A DNA stretch of 56,475 nucleotides from Chromera velia (Eukaryota): assembly GCA_018398765.1 (NCBI GenBank), contig JAHBMJ010000111.1, positions 1 through 56,475 on the forward strand. Direction: 5' to 3'. Below are positions 48,960-56,475 of this stretch, in pieces. Made by a program: the position numbers and the translations under genes. Under the pieces are notes generated by a model that searched no databases, was not told the DNA's origin, and was given only the letters and a program-made list of their open reading frames with translations. How positions within the stretch are numbered: position 1 is the stretch's first letter; the number at the start of each line of letters is the position of its first letter.

Positions 48960-50308
48960 GTGTGTGTCTTCAGTGTTTCCACTAATAACTACTCACTTTC
49001 CTCCTCTCTCTACTCGAATCGAACCGCGAAGCGACGCAACTAAAAGACATACAGCAGAAAGCACAGATAGTCTGTGCACGTTTTTTCTGTCTGTGTCTGT
49101 GCCGACTGACAGAGACAGGACAGACTGATTGCCCGACATTTCCTTTCCTGTTCGTCCTGTCGTGCTCGCTTTCGCGTGTCTCTCCCATCACCCAGCGCAT
49201 TCAGTCTTCCACGATAACTACACCGCTCTCCCGCCCAAATTAAAATTTAGGCAGGCAGGTAGAGGTAGCCAAAAAAGCACAGAAAGAAGGACCGCCCAAC
49301 AGAGAGACCAGCAGAGAGAGAGAAACAGACCTACCGACCGACCAACCGACCGAATTTTGCAAATCGCCTCGTCAGCCACGCAATGCCCAGACAGACGCTC
49401 CATGTCGCTCTATCATGGAGTGACTCAAGAAAGGGAAAACCGGGTACTGGAGACAGGAAAGAAAGAAGCGAAGCAGGGTGATGGAATGAAAAGAGTCAAA
49501 ACGGCTGGCTTCCTTCCCCTCCCCTCTTCTCCCTTCGCTTCCTTTCTCATGTCGGAATATCGTTGTGTCTGCGTGGCATTCTGCCGCTTCCCTGTTTATG
49601 CTCTGTCTGATGGACTGTCTGTCTGTCTGTCTGTCTCTGTCTGTTTGTTGGTGCATCTGACTGACTTCTTCTCTGATTTATCCGCCACTCGCATTCTAGA
49701 TAGGAGAAGTTCGTCAGACAGGAACAAGGGACGGTTGGTGAAGCAGAACGAACAACATACCGCAAGCCCGCTTTGTCTGTTTCGTCCTCTGCATGTGTCC
49801 TTCCGTTGCATGGCTGTCGTGTTTTTTTGGTTTGTTTGTTTGTTTGTTTGTTTGTTGCATGCTCGATGTATGAGTTCATGAGGAAGAAAGCGACAGAAGG
49901 AACCCAACATTGACTTTTTTGCGTGCCCCCGTGATTCCTCCTCCCTCCCTCCCGTCCCTTCCCTCCTGCCTGCCTGCTGCCTTTCGTTGTGACCCTTGCA
50001 AGGGACTGCCTTCCTTCCGATTTTTCTTCTTTTTCTTACAAACAAAAACTGACCTTGCACTGTGCCAGTCGGTCAGGCCACCGTCATTTGGATTGAGGAA
50101 GGATTAAATATCCAAAGATGAAAGGGGTGTGAGAAGAGAAGAGGAACGGTAAAAAAAAAGTATTCGGATGAAAGAGCTAACAGACAAAAGTCAGTGAGTG
50201 AGTCACTCCGTCTTTGTCTCCTTTCTTGAATGAATCAAATTGAACGTGCTGCCTCTTGCTCTTCTCCCTCCAAACTAGGCATGGGCGGTGGGATCCCTCA
50301 ATGAATAG

Positions 50309-50373
<65 letters not shown>

Positions 50374-50829
50374 CCGGTGTGTCGTGTACGTTTTTTCAGT
50401 TTTTTTGAGTGTGCATATGCGTGTTCTTCTGGTTTCGTCGGTGCGTGTGCATCTGGCAGCATGCGATCGTGCGTCTGTTTGTAGTGTGTGTGGAGAGAGA
50501 GAGAGAGAGCATGCGTCTGTTTGGCGTGCGTGCAAGCGCGGCGAGAAGCCGGGAAAGCTGCCCAATGGCTGAGTGAACGAATAAATGAGTGCGTGAGTCA
50601 GTGGATGCATGCGAGAGTGCGGCAGGGCAATCGCCTTCCCCAAGTAAATATGTGAGTGTTGGAGGGGCGTGCGCGTGGGCGAGTATCCGGAGAAAGAGAG
50701 AATCTCACATGGATCATGAAAAATCGAATATTTTTACTCACTTTGCCGACTGCGGCTCGGTTATTTATGCTCCCGCCCAGCCCGTGAGAAGAGAATGCGA
50801 CCTTCAGCGGGGGAGCGCCATGGGGGGGC

Positions 50830-50860
<31 letters not shown>

Positions 50861-51045
50861 TGTGTGCCTTCTCTTTCTTCCTCTCTTTCTCTCTCTTTCT
50901 CGCGATCTGGTTGTAAGAGAAAGAAGGAATGAAGGAAGCAATTAAGTCGGCATGCAGGAGATGCGTAGCTTTCTCCCTCCCTCCTCCCCCCCCTTCTTGG
51001 TCTCTTTCTCTCTCTCTACGTCTGCGTGTCACTGTGTGCGTGAAA

Positions 51046-51079
<34 letters not shown>

Positions 51080-51600
51080 CATTCTTCTTTTTCTGTGCGT
51101 GTTTCATGTCCGCTCTGTCGTGTTGTGTCGTGTCGATCCATGTCGACCGAATTGAAAGAGACGCCGCGGGTAACCGCAGTAGGCTCTGTAGTGCTGCAAT
51201 GCTCACAATGGCATGATTCAATGAAACTAATGGAAGTGTCGGAATGGGTGGATGGACTAGGAGGGAGGAGAGAGGAATTAATAAATCGAGACCCGACAAG
51301 AGGACCTCGAGTGCATGGATGGATCCCTCTGGAAAAGAATGGAAAGGAATGGGAAGAATTCGTGCATACGTGGCTGCATGTGTAAATAAAGGAAAGAGCT
51401 GACAAATAAATCACACTTGAATGAATGAATGAAAGAAAGCATCCATAGAGGTTTCTGAGCATTCGTTGAGGAATTAAGGAAATTTGAAGAAGGGGGGCCG
51501 GGCGCATCGATGCATGAATGGAGTACCACGATCCGCAGATGGGGCCCGGCACATATATATACGGACACGGGAAAGGAAAAAAGACGCGTGCATTGGTTGC
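48960..51600. repeat. Microsatellite-rich non-coding region ((CT)n, (GT)n, (TGTT)n, (TCTG)n)
   Basis: Runs at ~49615, 49830, 50311-50370, 50831-50866, 51048-51076; no credible exon chain found. Confidence 0.65.
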
Positions 51601-52185
51601 GGTGAGGGGTAAATAAATAAATTCTTTCTCTATGAAAGGCTTTGAAAGCGGGCACGTGTCGATCCATCGTCTTAATTATCTCGTCTATCTGGTGTCGATA
51701 TTGCATGTCTTGTCTGCGTGCGTTGCGCTAGGCCTTGCGATGATTGATGCGATGATTGATGAATTGCCAAACGGATGAACAAATTCAACTCGGAGCAGCC
51801 GAATTTGATTCAATTGCGGATCCAAGAGCACGTAGATGTGTATGCGGTGATACACAGCCACTATATACCGTGTGTTAAATTTAAATTGCCAGTGGTTGAC
51901 TTGAAGTAAAAAAACAATTACTGACAGTGAATGTTGTTGCACGGTGTAGCGGGATCGGTCCACAATAAAACTCAAAAAGATCTTTAATTTTTGTTTTTTA
52001 ATGTATTCTTGTTTAGGTTTTTCTCGATTTAAGTATAAGTTGCTAAATAAGTTTTGCAATTTCTTAGATAATTTCTTAATTAGTAGTTTAACATAATTAA
52101 AAATTCTTACTTTACTGTCTCATCATTATACTACGTCATCGTTTAAACTGTTTATATTCATTTCTCAACTTCTTGCATTGAAATC

Positions 52186-53162
52186 CTAGGGGTGATCCCA
52201 ATACATCTATTTAAATTAAAGTGATGATGATTTCACTTTAAATAAATAATTTTAAACTTTAAAATATTTGAGGAAGAAAAACTGAAAGAAAATTTCACAA
52301 ATGAATGATAAAAAAATCAAATGTACTTTAAAACACTGAGAAGACATAATGGCATGATAATGTATAACATAGTAAAAAAAAATGTAATTAGTCTATAGCT
52401 AGGTCTGTAGTTAGTTTCTTAAAAACTTCTGAAAAAAACTTTTTTGCACAAGTCTGCTTCGACTTATCATTTGTTCTCGCCATTCATCGGAAAAAAAGAC
52501 TAGAAAGTGCATGTGTTGCGGCGCCATGGGTATCGTTTGTCTTAGCAAACCTTGGAGGGGATGTTAAAAGATGTGTCCCGACTGACCTAGCGACTGACTT
52601 GTCAGCTGTTATACCTCGGTTCAAAGCCTGTACGTTCAAAGCCCTGCTAGCTATAATCCTGCTTATAGGCTGCTATGCAGCCTTACAGCCTTATTGAAAA
52701 GTCTGGCTAGCTACTAGTCATAATGCACTCATCCGGATGTCTTTCACTGTCATATAGAAGGACTGTCATCTAGAACGTTTGCTATTCTACCATTTGAATC
52801 TGTCAATCTGCTGTTTCTGGATCAATTTCTCTGCACCTGCAATTATTTGTCTCGTACGCCTACATGCATTTAATTCTGTGTTTAGCGCTTGGAATGTGCG
52901 ATTCAGACCTTTGGATTGATTGAGGCGGCGGGATACCTAAGAATTCGAGTTGCCAAGGCCGAACTTCGCACAGCCTTAGTGACGGTCTAAAACTCTGAAT
53001 AAACACTAATAAACACTAAAAAAGTGTAAAGAGTTACTAAAGACTGGTACTTATAATTACTTATAGTTAGTTTTAAAGTGTTTAAAGTAAAAATTTTAAA
53101 GTTTACAGTTAAAGTAGAGGTTTCACTGGTTAATAATTTAAAACTATTGGGATCACCCCTAG
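52186..53162. mobile_element. Non-autonomous TIR DNA transposon, hAT-like (977 bp)
   Basis: Perfect 18-bp TIR ctaggggtgatcccaata (52186-52203 / 53145-53162); 8-bp TSD ttgaaatc (52178-52185 / 53163-53170); AT-rich arms with residual inverted similarity. Confidence 0.92.
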
Positions 53163-53875
53163 TTGAAATCACAGTTGGATAGGTCGGAGTCAGTTAAGAC
53201 ACTAAAATGAAGCTTAGGTTTCAAACCGGCCAATGTTTTCTTCAAGGAAAAAACACTATTTACTAAGTAGCTTATTGAGACTTTTGCTTCTTGGTTGGCC
53301 CTTGTAGGCCCTCGGCCAGTACCTTCTCTTAAATGGGAATTAATGGGGATTCAACTGCTCTCATTTAAAGACGGTGCTGTTCTAACAATATCTAAGAATT
53401 TTAGGCAGAGACTCAGTGGCGCGCTGTCTGTAAATCATATACGAAGGATCATTGCAGTCACAAGTGACTGCCTGTTACTGCCTGTCATGCTGGTCCGACT
53501 TATGCAGTCCGTCGGACGGAGCCGCGCCTGCATATACGGCCGGCCGGGCGGGTCGGCGGGCGAGCTTCGATGCGCGATCGGCGGCGCCAGGTCCGCCCGC
53601 GGCGCCGCAAAATTCTTGCATGCAGCTCAGCGGCCTCAGCCATATGCAGACAGAATCAAATTCGACCATCCTCCGCCTCTTCCTTTCTCTTCCCGAAACA
53701 TCTGCCACAGTCTCATATAAACCATTCGGTTCTCGTGCTTTGGCAAGAACGTCTGGAAGGTTGACCCGCGTATAGACGGCACGTTTTGCGCGTCGGAGCC
53801 TCTTTAATAAACTTTGCGTTTCTTTCAAGCACCATGACGCTGGCGTCTCCGATGCTCAGTTGAGAAGAGAAGGAG

Positions 53876-55809
53876 ATGAGCAGCCAAGATGACCCTCCCT
53901 CGAAGGACTTTCCGGAGTGGGACGGGTGGAACGTGAAGGACATAGAGGGGTCGCATATGACATACAAGGCCTTGTTAAGGTCAACAAATCGGTACACGGA
54001 GGAGGAGATCACCATACTGGGACAGCTTGCGCTTAGGAGTCAGACTGAGAAGTGGAAGTCTGAGTTGCAGTCGAAGTACATGGAGCGATTCGATTCCTTC
54101 GGCCCTGCCCAGTCAAAATGGGCAGAGGACCGCTTCACTCTCTTCTTGAAGCAGCAAGAGAAGTCTGTTTCAGAGAAGGATGCGTATCGGCATTTAGTTG
54201 ACTCTTTCTTGGATGACTTCGTGAAAACAGAGTTGGGGGAAGATGTGGTGTGTCGCTTCCATGGATCATCTCTCAGCGGTTTGTGTATCGGAGATTCTGA
54301 TGTTGACCTAGTCCTCTGTTTGTATGGCAACACGAAGAGGGCTTTTCAAGAAAGGGCGGTGAAACGAATGCAGAAAGATGCAGCAAAAGCATTGCAACAG
54401 CAACCGCAAACCCGACACCGAGTGACCTTTTGGGGCAGACGGATGATGGCCAGAGCATGGAGGATGGACGCACAGGCAGCCCTTGATTTGGCCTCAACAA
54501 ATGAGTATGAGGTGTCTGATAGGGTGTTGTCAGTCTCAGCCATCCTCTTTCTCGCTAAGGCCCTTTGTAAAAAGAATGCATGTGGGGGGTATCGGTTGGC
54601 ACAGAGGGCGAAATCGGGGAAGGAAAAGCCCGACAAGGACGTGGACACGAGAATATTTGCGGGTTGTCCCGTACTTGTAGCGCACTTTGCCTGGTGGGAT
54701 GATATGGGCGTTGAGAAACGACTGCGCCTGAATGTATCCCTGTTTGACATCAAGGCCGTCACGAACACGGTGTTCCTCCGTGATTTGGTTTCCCTCGATG
54801 ATCGGATTCGGAAACTAATTCTTGCAGTGAAGCTCTGGGCAAGGGCGGCTGGACTGACAAGGTCGAGTGACGGCATGTTCAGCGGTTTTGTCTGGAGTGT
54901 TCTCACTGTCATCTTCCTGCAAGACATGGGTCAGTCGAGGAGTCAGCCAGGAGTATAGATTCATTTCGGAAAGCTCTTTGTTCTCTTGCTTTTCTTCTCA
55001 TTTCCCTGTTATTCTTGTTTCTCATGAATTCGGTCTCTCGATCACTTTTGGGTCGAGTCAGACCGTGGGTCCCTCCCTCCCGTTCTTTTCTAGTCCTCCT
55101 TCGTCTTACTTCTTGGGTGCATGTCTCATCCTCTCAGCTGTTTTGCTCCATTCTGTCCTCTTTCCCTCTCGTCGCCCTTTGCTCCCCTAGTGACTTCCTT
55201 ACATTCCCTCCCTCCCACTCGGCTGTTCGTTCAACCAATCGCACTCAATGGGTGCCAGGGTCCTAGAGACAGATCCACTTGTGAAGTGATTCGCCTTCCA
55301 ATTGCTTTCCTCGCCGGCTCTCTTGAAGGAAGGAGTTTAGACGCTTACCTGTGCATCATGCATATTCGCTGCATCCATCTACTCAATAAAGCAGGATGGA
55401 CAAAATGGTCGGGGGGTCCCTGTGAATGCTGCCTCTATGCAGGTGTGCTCCCGTGTGGTCCTGCCGCTCTGGTCGCAATGAAGCAGAGAGCAGGTCAGAC
55501 ATTGACGGGAAGGAAGGGAAAGAAGGGGGATGAGAAGCAGTCAGTGAGTCGAACGAGGGGGTCAGCTGTTTTCCCCGGCGCAGTTCAAGAGAAATCTGCA
55601 TGAATGCTGCAAATTTAGTTGGTCTGACAACATGCCATGGGGACGTACAGTGGAAGGATCGTGGGAGAGGGTGGAATGAAAAGCAGGTAGAACGGAAGGG
55701 GGGGGCAGAAGGGAGAAAGACTGGGGAGATACGAGTCCCCGAGAAGTTGCTCGCCGCTTTTTTTGGCACAAAAAGTGTGTGGCTTCATGCCCGATTGAAT
55801 ATTTCGTAG
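53876..55809 (+). CDS. Cid1/TUTase/non-canonical poly(A) polymerase-like nucleotidyltransferase; 3' exons uncertain, may run past the window
   Basis: Exon 53876-54929: FHGSSLSGLCIGDSDVDL, AVTNTVFLR..DDRIRKLILAVKLWAR..GMFSGFVWSVLTVIFLQ; next exon from 55443 (G|GVLP); LLAAFF at ~55746 fits the PAP-associated domain. Confidence 0.85.
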
Positions 55810-56065
55810 CGGAGGAATTGGTTCCTTTCCTTTTTCCCACGGTGCGGTGAACCTCCAGAAAGAACATCTCACACAAAGCTTTTCTCTCTCTCGAATGAAC
55901 CTGACACGGACGGAAATTCAGCCTGAAGGCCCCACTCTCTGTCTCTCTCTCTTTTCTCCTTCCTCACTTCTTCGCCCTTTCTCTCAGGACCTTCCCCCGA
56001 ATCGATTCTTGTCAGATTCTCCGCTCCGTGCTTGCATTTATCTCTTCTCTGTCTGCCTGTTTGTT

Positions 56066-56084
56066 TTTCTTTCTTTCTTTCTTT

Positions 56085-56115
<31 letters not shown>

Positions 56116-56116
56116 C

Positions 56117-56156
<40 letters not shown>

Positions 56157-56221
56157 TTCTTTCTTTCTTTCTTTCTTTCTTTCTTTCGTTTTTTCTTTCT
56201 TTCGTTTTTTCTTTCTTTCGT

Positions 56222-56257
<36 letters not shown>

Positions 56258-56285
56258 TCCTTCCTTCTTTCTTTCTTTCTTTTCT
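56066..56285. repeat. (TTTC)n microsatellite, probably intronic
   Basis: About 220 bp of imperfect TTTC repeats. Confidence 0.95.
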
Positions 56286-56475
56286 TTGTTTGCGCTCTCT
56301 CCGCATGTGTGTCTGCAGCTGCACAGGTGTACGTTCTGGGGGGGACCAGCAGGGGAAGCGCTCTCTTCCCCCCCCTCCCCCCTGCAGATGCGAAGAAGGG
56401 GGAACTACCCATGCCCAACCTCTCTGTCTGCACAATTCTGAACGCTTTTTTTTTCTTTCTCTCTGATATCCTCCA

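Noticed and set aside
48814..52059. Many 60-250 aa ORFs
   Set aside because: Derived from microsatellites or featureless; no motif or consistent exon chain.
55869..56466. K/E/R-rich and F/L/S-rich ORFs
   Set aside because: Translations of the (TTTC)n microsatellite.
1..56475. tRNA, rRNA, spliced-leader or prokaryotic operon features
   Set aside because: None recognisable by eye; tRNAscan-SE or Infernal would be needed to exclude small RNAs.

Overview
Eukaryotic, intron-rich DNA: GT-AG introns (many GTCAGT donors), microsatellite-filled introns and TGCATGCA-rich promoters. The style suggests a chromerid alveolate such as Chromera; that is an inference. Genes assembled by hand from in-phase splice sites: a BTB-BACK-SPRY protein (-), the flagellar gene DRC4/GAS8 (-, 12 exons), a ~23-kb gene (+, ~34 exons, ~4,400 aa) head-to-head with DRC4, a disrupted N-acylated HET/TIR-like + 11xTPR gene (-), a triose-phosphate/phosphate translocator (+) and a Cid1/TUTase-like nucleotidyltransferase (+) with Asn at the probable third catalytic Asp. 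The ~23-kb gene fuses an RPGRIP1L/MKS5-type coiled-coil + C2-C2 module to 30 or more EF-hands. Mobile DNA: a decayed CRE-like non-LTR retrotransposon with a 1.2-kb tandem duplication, and two non-autonomous TIR elements with target-site duplications. Top leads: (1) the RPGRIP1L-EF-hand fusion, (2) a GCAAC-rich bidirectional promoter shared by two ciliary genes, (3) a near-pure C>T/G>A (RIP-like) mutation signature in repeats, (4) the NLR-like HET/TIR-TPR gene with homogenised repeats. All family calls are by eye; no searches were run.
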